This document shows positions 50,741 through 64,000 of a stretch of 64,000 nt of DNA, piece after piece. The notes under the pieces were generated by a model. It searched no databases and was not told the DNA's origin. It saw nothing but the letters and a program-made list of their open reading frames with translations. The first letter of the stretch is position 1, and the number at the start of each line of letters is the position of its first letter. The position numbers and the translations under genes were made by a program. The DNA comes from Octopus vulgaris (lineage: Eukaryota): positions 144,770,001 to 144,834,000 of the forward strand of contig OX597815.1 in NCBI GenBank assembly GCA_951406725.2, in the 5' to 3' direction.

Positions 50741-51165
50741 TAGCGCCATCTGCCAAGTTCGATTAACGCGTCATGACTAACACACATTCATATAAGCACA
50801 TACACACACGCACTCATAATAAGAATAGCCACACTTACACATACACACGCATGTTTATGCATATATGTACGCGCGCACACACACATACGATATGCAAACC
50901 TAAAAACATACACACGGACTTGTGCACATGCGCATACACATAAACGCAAACCCCAAAACACAGACAGCTGAAGACACACGTAGACTATAAGTCCACACAT
51001 ATAGACACAGACAGCTACGCACACAGACCTGGCCAGCTACGTACACATACACACACATTTTGGCCTCAGTTTCATCGCCATCTTGAAGTCGAGGTTTTGC
51101 GACGATTTCGAGGTTTGTGACTCGTTTTCGCTTTAAAGCTTGGTTTTTATTTGTTAGATTCAGGT
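50741..51165 (+). promoter_or_regulatory. Candidate CARF promoter / 5' UTR exon
   Basis: CpG-enriched patch. YY1-type CGCCATCTTG at 51076-51085, CTCF-like TAGCGCCATCTGCCA at 50741-50755, possible GT donor at 51113. The link to CARF is inferred only. Confidence 0.4.
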
Positions 51166-51583
51166 TGTGAGTTCTAATCACTGTTGCTCCTTATGGGACG
51201 AAGTCTTAAATTATGGGACTCATCTGTTACCATTACTGAGGATATTATAATTCCCATATATCTCAATATGCCATTCACTGTTTCACTACCGTTATACCGC
51301 ATAACTCATCATCTTTACCAATTCCTGATGCTCTTTTCTCACTTTCTCTTGTACCCAGACTCCAGACACTGTAAAGCAAAAATATTTGGTCCCTCATGGT
51401 TTTCTGTTTTAAATATTTTTGAATTCTTCAGACCTAACAAAACCTCTCCTTGTTACCCCCCCCTCCAACACATGTATATACGGACATGTTCACAATTAAT
51501 AATTTCTTAATGCTATCGATATTCATTCTTTAATTTACCATTTTTACTTCATCGATGGAACCCCGACTTAACCAGGGAACCGA

Positions 51584-51615
<32 letters not shown>

Positions 51616-53076
51616 CTTACCTGCGACTAGAAATAACAACTAAATACTCTACCGATATTACAACTAACACATCTTACACTAAAAATGGAAGGATACATAA
51701 CGCATCTGGCACCACTACATTATCACACACGTCTGAAATTAACATTGGTTGGTCATGGCTGGAATGCTTTTAATCCTAGTCCTGGCTCTAAATAGATATT
51801 ATTATATACTAGTCTGAGATTCATTATATATATATATATAATGAATACATGTATATAAATGAAATTCCGTTTGTGTTACTTAAATATCTCAATTCCTTGC
51901 TATAAATACCACACCATTCTATATTTCTATAAATTCTACACCAATGTAATTCCACCGTAATGCAGTATTTTCTCTAGACACTATACTTCTGACTTCTGTT
52001 AACATTTACTTCCATTTTCAGTCTGGTTTTGTAATAGTTTTCGTTATTAAAATAGGTATCAGGTACCCAGCAGTTCGATTCTTACTAGGAACGGTGTTGT
52101 TTAATGCCCTTCAAATAAGCTCTTTTATAAACTTTATGAGGCGTATTCTGGCAAAATACAGCGAATAATGTTTAAAGAGACGAAACTACTGAGAAAGCCT
52201 CTACTTAGCCGCGCTAATTGGTAGAAATAGCAGCCTAATCGCTCACAAATCACTCGGTACTGTTTTATAAGAAGACAGGACTTTGAATAATATATTCACA
52301 CACACACGCACACTATTTTTGAATATAAGACAGGATTGTCACGGCTAGAACACTTAATCGTAGGGCCAACTTAGTGTTAAATGCTCCTCAAATCACATCT
52401 TAACGTACTAAAAAAAAAAAGTAAAGCCACATTGGATTACTGTAGTCCTCGATACACTGTGCCTGTAAAACAAAACCAGCAAAAGCAATGACGAAATGAT
52501 TAGAATACATTTAACCATCGATCTGCTCAATTAAGGCTGACCTAGTGTTAAACAACACAACAGTTAATATTTTGTTATTGGCCCCCTTCAGTTAATTTGT
52601 TTTTATACTAAAATTGAGCCCCCCCCCCACTCTCCCCGTTTTCACTACGTAATTATAATCGACTGTTGTATTGGGTTGTCTTCTGAAATACTCCTGATGT
52701 TCTTTCAATATCATCAATAATTCCAGTTATTGATTACAGCATAAAGGATTTATGTATATACATAAATATATATATAATGTGTGGTGGGGCTGGGTGTGGC
52801 GAGGTTGTCCCCAATACAGGTGTTATTAACCGGCGGGCTGAATGTATGACTCAATGTTTTTTTTCTATGTCAGTAAATAATGCGCATGGGTGTTTGTGTG
52901 GTTACTTACGTAGCCTGTGTATGTGTGTGTATGCATATATATGTATATATATATATATATATACTCATTCTGTAAAGATATAACCATTGGTAATATATAC
53001 ATACATATACCTGTAGATATAATGACACACATATTCATACACCCACTAGGTATATATATTAAATTACTGGTGTAAT

Positions 53077-53128
<52 letters not shown>

Positions 53129-53444
53129 ATATGTGTATACACACACACACATATCAAGACTTTAGACTTTTCTCAAGTTTAAACTGTGATATTTTTGTTA
53201 TAGACATTCCAACAATGGAGTTTTGTATTATTGTTAGAGAACAGCTCCTTCCTCAGAAGAATTTAAAACATACACATATTTAGTTGCAGGAGTGGCTGTG
53301 AGGTAAGTAGCTTGCTTACCAACCACATGGTTCCGGGTTCAGTCCCACTGCGTGGCACATTGGGAAACTGTCTTCTACTATATAGCCTTGGGTTGACCAA
53401 AGCCTTGTGAGTGGATTTGGTTTACAGAAACTAAAAGAAGCCCG

Positions 53445-54575
53445 TCATCATCGTTTAACGTCCGCTTTCATGCTAGCATGGGTTGGACAATTTGACTGAG
53501 GACTGGCAAACCAGATGGCTCCAATATGATCTGGCAGAGTTTCTACAGCTGGATGCCCTTCCTAATGCCAACCACTCCGAGAGTGTAGTGAGTGCTTTTA
53601 CATGCCACAGGCACAAGAGCCACTCAGGCGGTACTGCCAACAGCCATGCTCAAGTGGTTTTTTATGTTCTACCTGCACAGGAGCCAGCCCAGCAGCATTG
53701 GCAACGACATTGCTTGAATGTTTTTCACGTGCCACCAGCACAAGTACCAATAAGGCGACGCAGGTAATGATCACATTTGAATGGTGCTGTTTATGTGCCA
53801 ATGGCACGGAAGCAAGTCAGCTGCTCTGGCAGTGCTCAAGCTTGGGTGGTGCTTTAGTGTTCCACTGGCATGGGTGCCAGTCATCGAATATAATTTGATT
53901 TCGATTTCACTTGCCTCAACAGGTCTTCGCAAGCAGAGTTTAGTGTCCAATGAAGGAAAGGTATGCATAAGTGGGCTAGTTACACCCCTGGAATAGGCCA
54001 CGGGTTATGGCCTCACTTGGCTTGCTGGGTCTTCTCACGCACTGCATATTTCCAAAGGTCTCGGTCACTAGTCATTGCCTTGGTCGTGCTTCATCACCTC
54101 ATCCCAGGTCTTCCTGGGTCTACCTCTTCCACAGGTTCCCTCAACTGTTAGGGTGTGGGACTTTTTCACACAGCTATCCTCTTCCATTCTCGCCACATAC
54201 CCATACCAGCGCAGTCGTCTCTCTTGCACACCACATCTGATGCTTCTTAGGTCCAACTCTTCTCTCAAGGTACTTACACTTTGTTGAGTATACACACTGA
54301 CATTACACATCCATTGGAACATACTGGCTTCATTCCTTGTGAGCTTACGCATGTCCTCAGCAGTCATGGCCCATGTTTCACTGCCATGTAGTATGGTTGT
54401 TTGTACACATGCGTCATACAGTCTACCTTTTACTCTGAGCGAGAGGCCCTTTGTCACCAGCAGAAGTAAGAGCTCTCTAAACTTTGCCCAGGCTATTCTT
54501 ATTCTAGCAGCTACACTTTCAGCACACCCTCCCCGCTACTGACTTGGTCACCTAGGTAACAGAAGCTATCAACTA
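53445..54575 (-). mobile_element. RTE LINE 3' portion nested in a family A SINE
   Basis: ORF 54068-54457, KGRLYDACV...LHGSETW...RRLRWYG...GRGRPRKTW. The SINE head (53284-53445) and tail (54576-54745) flank it. Confidence 0.88.
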
Positions 54576-55362
54576 CTGAGTTTAGCCCCCCCCCCACATC
54601 ACTTGACAACCAATGTGGGTGTGTTTACATCCCTGTAACTTAGCGGTTTGGCAAAAGAGACCGATATAATAAATACTAGGCTTACAGAGCCCAGTATTTA
54701 TTCCAGCATGGCCACAGTTAAATGACTAAAACAAAAGAATAAAAGAAAACATATTTATATATGTATGTATATATATATATCTATATATGTATTTATATAT
54801 ATAGATATATATATATATATAAACGTCCATGTTCTATGCTAGCATGGGCTGGACAATTTGATCTGATGGGTGCAAGAATAGTATGATGCTCCTGTGTTAA
54901 CTTTGACATGGCTTCTCTGTCTGGAAGGACCCTAAGATGCCAACTGCTTTACAGCATGTACTGTTGGCCCTTTTTTAGGGCTTCACAGCACTAGTAAGGT
55001 GGTTTTTATGTTAGGAGAAGTGAACAGAACCTAAGGGGCAAGGAAACTGGTGAAGTCTTGGAATGAAGAATGACTTTATCCTTTGGCATTCAAACTGGCC
55101 ATATTTGGCCGAAATATTCCACCAGTTTTATGTTAAAACTGACCAGATCTGGCCTCTCACACCTATCTTGTCATTCTAAAAATAAACAGTCACATCAGGA
55201 AAATCTCTTAGCTTCAATATAATGCATAATTAATCTAAAATAATGTGAATAAAAGCTGCTTCGGCAGCCCAGTAGGCATGGGTGTTGAGAAGTAGTGATA
55301 CAACACATTGGTGGTTTCAAATCTCTTCCAGAAATTACAAACGATGTAGTTAAAAATTTTAA

Positions 55363-55738
55363 GGCACAGGAGTGGCTATGTGGGAAATAGCTTGCTTACC
55401 AGCCACATGGTTCTGGGTTCAGTCCCACTGCGTGACACCTTGGGCAAGTATCTTCTTCTATAGCCTCGGGTCGACCAAAGCCTTGTGAGTGGATTTGGTA
55501 GATGGAAACTGAAAGAAGATAGTCTTATATATATATATATATATGTATTTTTGTGTCTGTTTGTTCCCACCAACATCGCTTGACAACCAATGTCAGTGTG
55601 TTTATGTCCCAGTAACTTAGCAGTTTGCCAAAAGAGACTGATAGAATAAGTACTAATAGTCCTGGGGACAATTTGCTCGATTAAAGGTGGTCCTCCAGCA
55701 TGCCCGCAGTCAAATGACTGAAACAAATAAAAGAATAA
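55363..55738 (+). mobile_element. tRNA-derived SINE (family A), full length
   Basis: A/B-box-like head TGGCTATGTGG...GGTTCAGTCCC, central TA tract, A-rich tail. Many partial copies occur across the window. Confidence 0.82.
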
Positions 55739-58647
55739 ATAAGCATTAGATTCGAGAGAATAATCTGAATATTAAAGGGTTAAAGATGGTATCTCATGAA
55801 GAAGATGACAATTGACAAAACATAATGCTGGTGAGGAGCCATCTACTTGTACAAAAATGGCAAAACCCATTTAATACCAACCAGTCAAACATCAGCCCTG
55901 ATTCTATGATACAAAATTTCTGTTTAAAAGTGATCTAAAGTAAAACATTTTATAAAAATTTCATATTTGTTCCAAACAGCAACATAATGACCAAGTTTTT
56001 TTACCAAATTTTTTGTTATTTTCAAAATTAATTGAAATCCAACAATAGAACTTTGTATTTTTGTTAGAAACTAGTTCCTTCCTCAAAGGAAGAAATTAAG
56101 TAATTAAAAACAGAAGCAAAATCATCATCATCATCATTTAATGTTTGTTTTCCATTCTAGCATGGGTTGGACAGTCTGACAAGAGCTGCCTGGGCTCCAT
56201 TTGTCTGTTTTGGCATGGTCTCTATGGCTCGATGCCCTTCCTAACGCCAACCACTTTACAGGGTGTGGACTGGGTGCCATTTACTGTGGCATCGGCATAA
56301 ACGCTTTTATGTAACACTAGTATGGGCACTTTTACGTGGAACCAACATAGATGTTTTTATGTGGCACCAGCACGTGTAAGCCTGTAAGATTAGGAGCACT
56401 TGTGTGAGAGAGGGATGTAAAGGACATGTCTGTAAGCACAAGAAGTGATAAAGTGACTTAAATTAATATTTTCTTTCCAAATTTTACATCATCATCATTT
56501 AACGTCTGCTTTCCATGCTGGCATGGGTTGGACAGTTTGGCTGACGACTGGTAAGCTGGGAGGCTGCACCAGGCTCCAATCTGATCTGGCAAGATTTCTA
56601 CAGCTGGATGCCCTTCCTAATGCCAACCACTCTGAGAGTGTGGTGGGTGGTTTTTACATGTCACCAGCACGGGCCAGTCAGGCGGCACTGGCATCGATCA
56701 AGCTTGAATGGTGCTTTTTACATGCCACTGGCACAGGAACTGGTCAGGTAGCACTGGTTAATATATGTTTCAAACATTAACTTAATCATCATCATCTTCA
56801 TCATTTAATGTCTGTTTTCCAAGGTGACATGAATAGATAGAATGACTGGAGCTGGTAAGCCAGAGAGTTGCACCAGGCTCCAGATGTCTGCTTTGGCTTG
56901 GTATTTTCAAAATTGATTGAAACAAAGGGTTAAAGTGAGGGTAAAAATGGAGACTGGTGTGTATAATACTTATTTATGTCTGGGCTTTCAGCCATTTATA
57001 TCTGCCAAGTCTCCATCAGCTGCCCTTCCCACCTACTTGTTAACCTCCCATCTCTCTGTCACTTGCCCTTTGTCCTGTTCACTACACATGCCATTTTTGT
57101 ATACTAAACACTCCCTACCACCATCCATCTATCACTCTCTCTCTCTCCCCACTCAAGATGCCTGAGTATCAAAGGATTGTATTTACCTCCTCTAATGCTA
57201 GCCATCACTTCTTCCCCAGGTCACTTGTTATTCACATCCATCATGCTCTCACCTTTTACCAGTTCTACAATTTACAATCTCTTTTTCACTAGCAAATTTG
57301 TTGTTGCTATTAGTCTCTACTTTCTGCTATTATTGTTTTCTTAGCACAAAGCCCAAAATTTTTGGGGAAGTGGTCCAGTTGATAAGATTGACTCCAGTAT
57401 GCAACTGGTACTTAATTTATTGACCCCCGAAAGGATGAAAGACAAAGTTGATGTGGAATTTGAACTCAGAACGTAAAGACAGATGAAATACTGCTAAGCA
57501 TCTCACCTGGTGTGCTAACGTTTCTGCCAGCTCGCCACCTTTTCTGCTATTATTGTCTTTCCCACTACACCCTGGCATTACTGTGTCTTTTCTATTACAG
57601 CTAGAGTTGAGCTCACGATTGTAAGGTCGTGAGTTCGATTCCTGGTGACACGTTGTGTCCTTGAGCAAGACACTTTATTTCATGTTCCTCCAGTCCACTC
57701 AGCTGGCAAAAATGAGTTGTACCTGCATTTCAAAGAGCCAGCCTTGTCACACTCTGTGTCATGCTGAATCTCCCTGAGAATTACGTTAGGGGTATGTGTG
57801 TCTGTGGATTGCACAGTCACTTGCATGTTAATTTCATGAGCAGGCTTTTCCGTTGATCGTATCAGCTGGGACCCTTGTCGTCGTAACAGACAGAGTGCTC
57901 CTTTAGAGTTGAGCATAATAAGACCCACCCAGTTAGGTAAAAATCAAGGCCATACATGTGTGTCCTTTATGTCCATGCCTCTTCCACCTGCACACAATCT
58001 GTGCCCTGACAAACCTCTCCCACAACCCATCTCCCCCCAAGCTCACCACCTGCTGCATTTTCCCCTACCACATATCCTCCTAATACCATCTCCACCCACC
58101 ACTTTCCTTTTACACTCATGAATTCCCCCACTCAGCCTTTCCAATCCCCAGCCCACTCGCTGCTACCACCATCTTCTCTTTCTCATTCTCCCCTCTTTCT
58201 TCACTCTCTCCTCAGCTGAGGCAGCTATGTTTCCCCTCTAATGTAAGACTCCTTTTTTTTTCTGTCCCTCAGTTGAAGAGGTCTTGTCTTGCACTTTACT
58301 TGGTGACCTCATTGTTGCTGGAGTCACATAAAAAAAACAGCCCAGCACACTGTAAAGTGGTTGGCATTATGAAGGGCATCCAGCTGTAGAAACCAAGTCA
58401 AAGCAGATAGCAGGGAATGGTGCAGCCTCCTGACCTACCAGTTCCTGTGGAGGCAGCTAATCCATGACTGTATGGAAAATGAATGATAAATGATGATGAT
58501 GCAAACTGTCTCATTTCTTCCTCCTCTAATACTCTGTCTCTCCATTCAGCCTCTTTCTCCCATCATATGCTTGCTTCTGTCCTAGGTTGATGATATTGAA
58601 TGTTTGAAGTTATCTTCTTGTTTATTTTTTTTCACAGGTGACTAATC

Positions 58648-58855
58648 ATGTCAGATGGGGTGCAGATCTTGTCATCTGTTCCTGAGTCTCTCTTGACAAC
58701 AGCCACTGTTCAAGACATTGGCCAAGGAGAACTGGTCACTTCCGGTACTCCCATAGAAATAATCCACACTTCACCAGAGACGATAGCAGCACTCTTGCCA
58801 AAGAATGGACAAGCTGTCTGCCAAGATGCAGAAACATCGATTGCTCATAGTGGAG
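58648..58855 (+). CDS. CARF: CARF first coding exon (exon starts 58638)
   Basis: Pyrimidine tract with CAG acceptor at 58637, ATG at 58648, GT donor at 58856. Phase 1, compatible with the next exon. Low-complexity N-terminus. Confidence 0.7.
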
Positions 58856-59123
58856 GTAAAGGATTATTTTTCATACTTGTTCAGATTTCATTTTATCCAA
58901 CACTTTACTTTGATTCTACATTCCAATAGTCACCACCACCCTCTAATGGGACTGACTTCCATGTATTTGATTTAATTTAATTTAATTGTAACTAATAATT
59001 GTGAAGGCTTATTGGTCAGGACTCAAGATTGTAAAATTGTGGTTTCAATTCCTGGACTGGGTGATGTGTTGTATTCTTGAGCAAAACACTTCATTTTATG
59101 TTGCTTCAGTCCACTCAGCTGGT

Positions 59124-59419
59124 GTTGTTGTTGTTTCTTCCTTCTTGTGCCATGCCTAGCTCATAAGGGCTGTTTTCCTGGTTTCGTTGATGTATAGGTT
59201 CCCCACGCGGACAGGATGCCGGTCCATCGCAGGTGAGCTGCTAGATGCAGGAGGAAAGAGTGAAAGAAAGTTGTGGCGGAAGAGTCAGCAGAGGTTTGCC
59301 ATTACCTAAGCTCATAGGTGTTTTGCTCATAAACATACACATCACCTGGTCTGAGATTTGAACCTGTGATTCCTCGACTGTGAGTCCGCTGCTTTAACCA
59401 CTAGGCCATCTGCCTCCAC
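59124..59419 (-). mobile_element. tRNA-derived SINE nested in another SINE, 13-bp TSD
   Basis: CCACTCAGCTGGT at 59111-59123 and 59420-59432. A-box TGGCCTAGTGG, B-box GGTTCAAATC, (AAC)n tail. Confidence 0.82.
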
Positions 59420-59767
59420 CCACTCAGCTGGTAAAAATTAATAACCCTACGAAGGGCTGGTGCCTCATTCAGGGAGGAATATATATGCCAGAAGGACCGG
59501 GAAACCAGCCCTATGATTCTTATGGAGTGATGTAGACTAACCATGTATAACAATTATGAAATTATACATTTGGGGGTCTTTATCTTAATGAAACAGATGC
59601 TGAATACAGAGTATGAACTATGTGAAATTTTACACTTTTCTGCTTTTAAATAATGTTTATGACTTAAGTCTGATATTATGCAGTGTTATATTCTGCTTGG
59701 CATATTTCCAAGGCTGTGAAAATAAAACCTATCATGTTTCTTATATATGTTAAATATTTCTTTACAG

Positions 59768-59995
59768 GTAATCAAAATGGTGCACCAACTTTACAGAGTT
59801 TACTTGCTACTCCTGTGACAAATGGTCAACTACAAATCATTACAGTTACCTCCCCTGCTCAGGAACTCCTAAACTCAACCCAATCTGATGGTGGTGAGAA
59901 GGTCTGGCAGGTTGTGCCCAGCTCAGTAAACCCTGAAATTGCTACAATTATTGCTGTAAATACCAATAACTTTGAAGTAAAAGCAGAACTTCCAG
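59768..59995 (+). CDS. CARF: CARF coding exon 2
   Basis: 228 nt, CAG/GTATG boundaries, phase 1-1, open frame (NQNGAPTLQ...NGQLQIITVTSP...AELP). Confidence 0.8.
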
Positions 59996-60418
59996 GTATG
60001 TTTATTTGCGAAGTGATTTCTTTCTGATATAATCGATATATAATAGATTGGAAAGAAATATTAATGATTGGTAGGTATGTGACATTCTGTTATGCAAACA
60101 CAATATACTATAAAGTATAGGAGAGTATTGTAGTTCTCTTGAAGCATTGTCTATTGTTTCGCATGATCGTTACCTGCATCGTCTTACTGGCACTTATGCT
60201 GGTGTCACATGAAAAAACATTTAAGTGAGGTTGTTGCCAGTGCTGCTGGACTGGCTCCTGTGCAGGTGCCATGCAGTGGGACCATGTGGTTGATAAGCAA
60301 GCTACTTGCTACGCAGCCACTCCTACGCCTATATTAAATGTTTTCATAAGTCAACACCATGTTCTACTGTGTTAGCAGTGCATTTTACATTATTTTGTTA
60401 ATGTTATTTCTATAGAGA

Positions 60419-60600
60419 TTCTATAGAAATTATAGCCAGCTCAGATTTTTGCTAAGCTTCATATCGAAGACAAAATCTCCTGAAATATGGCATATACACT
60501 CATTACTCCCATTTTTGTCTTAGATCTCATTCTTTGTTTACATCTGATGTCTTGATGCGAAACGTAGCAAAAATCAGAGCTGGCTGTAATTTCTATAGAA
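60419..60600. mobile_element. MITE-like element with ~53-bp inverted arms
   Basis: 60419-60472 is the near reverse complement of 60548-60600. Confidence 0.7.
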
Positions 60601-61821
60601 TAATTGTAGAAATTGCAGTGTGGAAGGTGTTTATAAGTCATTTAAGAAACACATAATAACCGATAGATTCATCTGAGATGCAGCACAGAATTTTGTCCAG
60701 TTGATTAGATTTAAATATTGAAATGAATCTAACAGTTTTTGTGTGTTTCTTAAATGGCTTATAAACACCTTCCACGCTGCAATTGTTTTTGTTCCAGCAC
60801 ACAATCTCAGATCGGGTCACTTGCTATGCAAGTACATCTCTGTAATTGTAGAAATAATCTTAACAAAATATTGGAAAGAAAGTCCTGTTGCATTTTTTGA
60901 TATAGTTGCTTTCAGGGTATTTTACCAAATCTTACATTAAAAAAAAATGCATTTTTACATTCTAATCTTTGTTTTTCTTTAACGGTGTATCAATCTTACC
61001 TTTTTAAATTTAGACTACTTTCATGCAAGAAGTTTGTAACATAGAACCCAGGGTGGCCTCAGGTTAAAATGCTTTGAAGAAACCCTAATTGCATAATGTC
61101 ATCATCATTTAACAATCTATCTTTTATACTGGCATGGATGGAATGGTTAAGAATCCAGTAAGCTGGAGGACTGCATCAAACTCCTTTGTTTTGACCATGG
61201 TTTTCTATCATTGAATGCTTTTCTTTTTTCTTGACCTCAACACTAGTGAAATTGTAAAGAAACAAACCCCTTGACCCAGCAAGGTCATGGTAGAGTGAGG
61301 GGTTGCTTTATGTCAAGTTTTGAGAGGCTAAAATATGACGGAAGGACAGCCTTGTTGTAGTGGAGATATATGATTACCCTGCATTATATGAGGGTAGGTG
61401 AGTGTAACTTGAAGGAAAATAGTAATGTAATGATGAGGTGTCAGATCAACTTAGAAATATCGATAATTCTGACTCCAATGTTTTTTTAATTATGATGTCC
61501 CTGTTGGTGCTGGTGCTATGTAAAAGGCACTGGTGATGGTGCCACATGAAACACATTGGCACTGATGCCACATAAAAAGCACTGGCACTGGTTTCATGTA
61601 AAAAGAACTGGTGCTGGTACCATGTAAAAAGCACCCAGTACACTCTATAAAGTGGCAGGCGTCCAGTTGTAGAAGGCATGTCAGAGCAGACAATTGAATC
61701 TACTGCTGCTCCTGGCCATGTGAGCTCTTGTCAAACCATTCAACTCATGCCAGCATGGAAAACAGATGTGAGATGATGATGATGATGATGATGACCTCCA
61801 ATTATTTTTAATTATTTACAG

Positions 61822-61997
61822 ATGTCGATCAACTTGAAAGTATTGAGAATTCCGATTCCAATGAAGTTTCAGCAACAATCAGTGAATCTGATTCTGGGAT
61901 GATGTTAGTTTCCCCTCTTCCGCAACCATCACCTCAATCCATTCATTCTCTGCCGCCCAATTGTCCCTCATGGGCGGCACGACTTCATAGTTGCCAG
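61822..61997 (+). CDS. CARF: CARF coding exon 3
   Basis: 176 nt, phase 1-0. Ends in PSWAARLHSCQ, resembling CARF WARRLRSCE. Confidence 0.88.
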
Positions 61998-62308
61998 GTA
62001 ACAGCAAATTGGATTCTACATTACTATCTTTTGTCTTTTACTTGTTTCAGTCATTGGAATGTGGCCATGCTAGGGCACTGCCTCGAAGAATTTTTGGACG
62101 AATGATTTGACCCCAGCACTTAGTTTTTTTTAAGCCTTGTACTTATTCTATTGGTCTCTTTTGTTGAATCGCTAAGTTACAGTTACAGGGACTTAAACAT
62201 GCCAACACCAGTTGTCAAGTAGTGGGTGGGACAAATAGAAGTACAAAGATATTTACAGAGACACACACACACATACATGTACAATGGGGTTCTTACAGTT
62301 TCTCTCTA

Positions 62309-62648
62309 TGTTGTATAGTGAAACTGTACACCCCTCCTAGTAAAAAGTGGTAGTAACCAACCATTATAAATAGACCAGTAGCTGGTCGACAGAGAAAGTC
62401 AGGAAGGTCAAGAGTATGCGTCGACTGTGTTAATAGTCGTGTCTGTGCTGATATAGTAATCGTACTGTGATACTGAGTGGACGTTATAAAAAAACCAATC
62501 TTTTTGAGGATAACACTGTACGACTGGGGGTTGTACAGTGCCAGATAGAACCATTTTATCGACAACTTTGGAATATAACAATATCTATCAGAGCAACAAC
62601 CATCATCAAAAGACAGATACAAAAGTGGCAAATGACCCCTTTTCAACA
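62309..62648 (+). mobile_element. Putative solo LTR in a CARF intron
   Basis: TGTTG...CAACA termini, 5-bp flanks ctcta / gtcta, TATAAATA at about 62366. It splits a family A SINE. Confidence 0.72.
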
Positions 62649-63636
62649 GTCTATCAAATCCACTCACAAAGCTTTGGTCACCCTGAGGCCGTAGTAGACG
62701 ACACTTGCCCAAGGTGCCATACAGTGGAGCTGAACCTGGAACCATGTGGTTGGAGAGCAAGCTTCTTACCACACACCCAAACCTACCTTTTATTTTTTTC
62801 CATTTTTCAGTCATTGCACTGCAGCCATGCTGGAGCACTGACTTGAAGGGTTTAGTGAAACAGATTAACCCCTGCATTTAGTTATTGTTATTTTTTTAAA
62901 GCCTGATGCTTACTCTATTGGTCTCGTTTGCTGAACTGCTAAGTTTCAGGAAAGTAAATAAACCGAAACTGGGAAAGATTCATATATACACACATATATA
63001 CATATGATGGGGTTCTTCATAGTTTCCATCTATAAGACTCATTCACCTAGCATTGGTTGGCCTGGGACTATAGTTGAAGATCTTGACCAAGGCACTGCAA
63101 ATTGGAACTGAACCCAAAGAAGAGAAAGAGCAATAACATATTTACAAACAATGCAAAAATATGAACTCTCTCTCTTTCTCACACACATAGACATATATAA
63201 ACTTGGCTTCTTTCAAGTTTCCTTCTACCAAATCTTCTCACAAGATTTTGGTCAGTACAGGGCTGTAGTAGAAGACATCTGTCTTTGGTGACATGCAGTG
63301 GAACTGAACTTGAAACCAAATGGTTGGGAAGCAAACCATGCAGCCATGTCTTGGAAATATGCATGGCACCTTGGGCAATTCTCTTCTGCTACAGTCCCAA
63401 TCTGAACAAAGACTTGAAAATGATGAGGAGGAGGAGGATGACAATATTCACTTGGTGTTGTAAAGTGGGAAATAATTCATCCATAAACATTTTAAAGAAC
63501 TTAAGAAATTCCTTTACAACCATCAATGTTTCTTCGTTCCAGATAAAGAACTTTTAGATTCAGACACCAGGAAAACTGATAGAGAATTCTAAATTCTTAT
63601 GGCTTAAATAATAATCCTAATTATTTTTATTAACAG

Positions 63637-63826
63637 ATGATTGGCAACTCATTTCGAGGTTATGTTGAGAGTGAGATAGAAGTCGACCTGTTGCTAACTT
63701 ACCACAAACAACAAACTCACAGTTACTGGGGGACTCGACAGTCTCCAAGTCCTGCAAAACCTTCAACTCGCCTTATGTGGAAGTCTCAATATGTCCCATT
63801 TGATGGGATCCCTTTTGTGAATTCAG
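63637..63826 (+). CDS. CARF: CARF coding exon 4, conserved ALS2CR8/CARF domain (gene continues beyond window)
   Basis: IGNSFRGY...[42 protein letters not shown] closely matches vertebrate CARF as recalled. CAG/GTAAG boundaries. Confidence 0.93.
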
Positions 63827-64000
63827 GTAAGAAAAAGAAGAAAAAAAATCTCTTCATATTGAAAATAAAAAGTATCTAATAACTTTTATATGCATAAATG
63901 TAATTAATTTAATTTCCGAAAAATTTTGTAACATTGTCAAAGAGAAGAATGCAAGGAAATGGGATGGCAGTCATGGAGTTTTACAGTGAAGTTTGATGTA

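Noticed and set aside
62293-62877. 194-aa minus-strand ORF
   Set aside because: A chance read-through across SINE and LTR sequence with no recognisable protein motif.

Overview
AT-rich, repeat-dense animal genomic DNA with spliced genes. The SINE and RTE-LINE repertoire strongly resembles Octopus (coleoid cephalopod); that assignment is inference. Two divergent protein-coding genes were reconstructed by hand from GT-AG exons. CDC6 is complete on the minus strand: 10 coding exons at 6970-25645, 1602 nt, 533 aa, with a probable E2F/CCAAT promoter near 28.5 kb. The first four coding exons of CARF (calcium-responsive transcription factor) lie on the plus strand at 58648-63826, and the gene continues past the window. 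The rest is mostly transposon debris: RTE/BovB-like LINEs with (GAT)n tails and a hairpin-forming tandem array in the 3' UTR, tRNA-derived SINEs, Tc1/mariner relics, hAT- and piggyBac-like MITEs, Helitron/Helentron elements, solo LTRs and microsatellites. The most unusual signal is a tRNA-headed short element carrying a minimal Penelope-type hammerhead-ribozyme fold, which occurs twice as a head-to-head inverted pair. Two other repeat families show degenerate hammerhead-like folds. There is also a GC-rich RTE insertion with a perfect 98-bp target-site duplication, and several long foldback structures in CDC6 and CARF introns. Most ORFs in the supplied track are spurious repeat or microsatellite ORFs.
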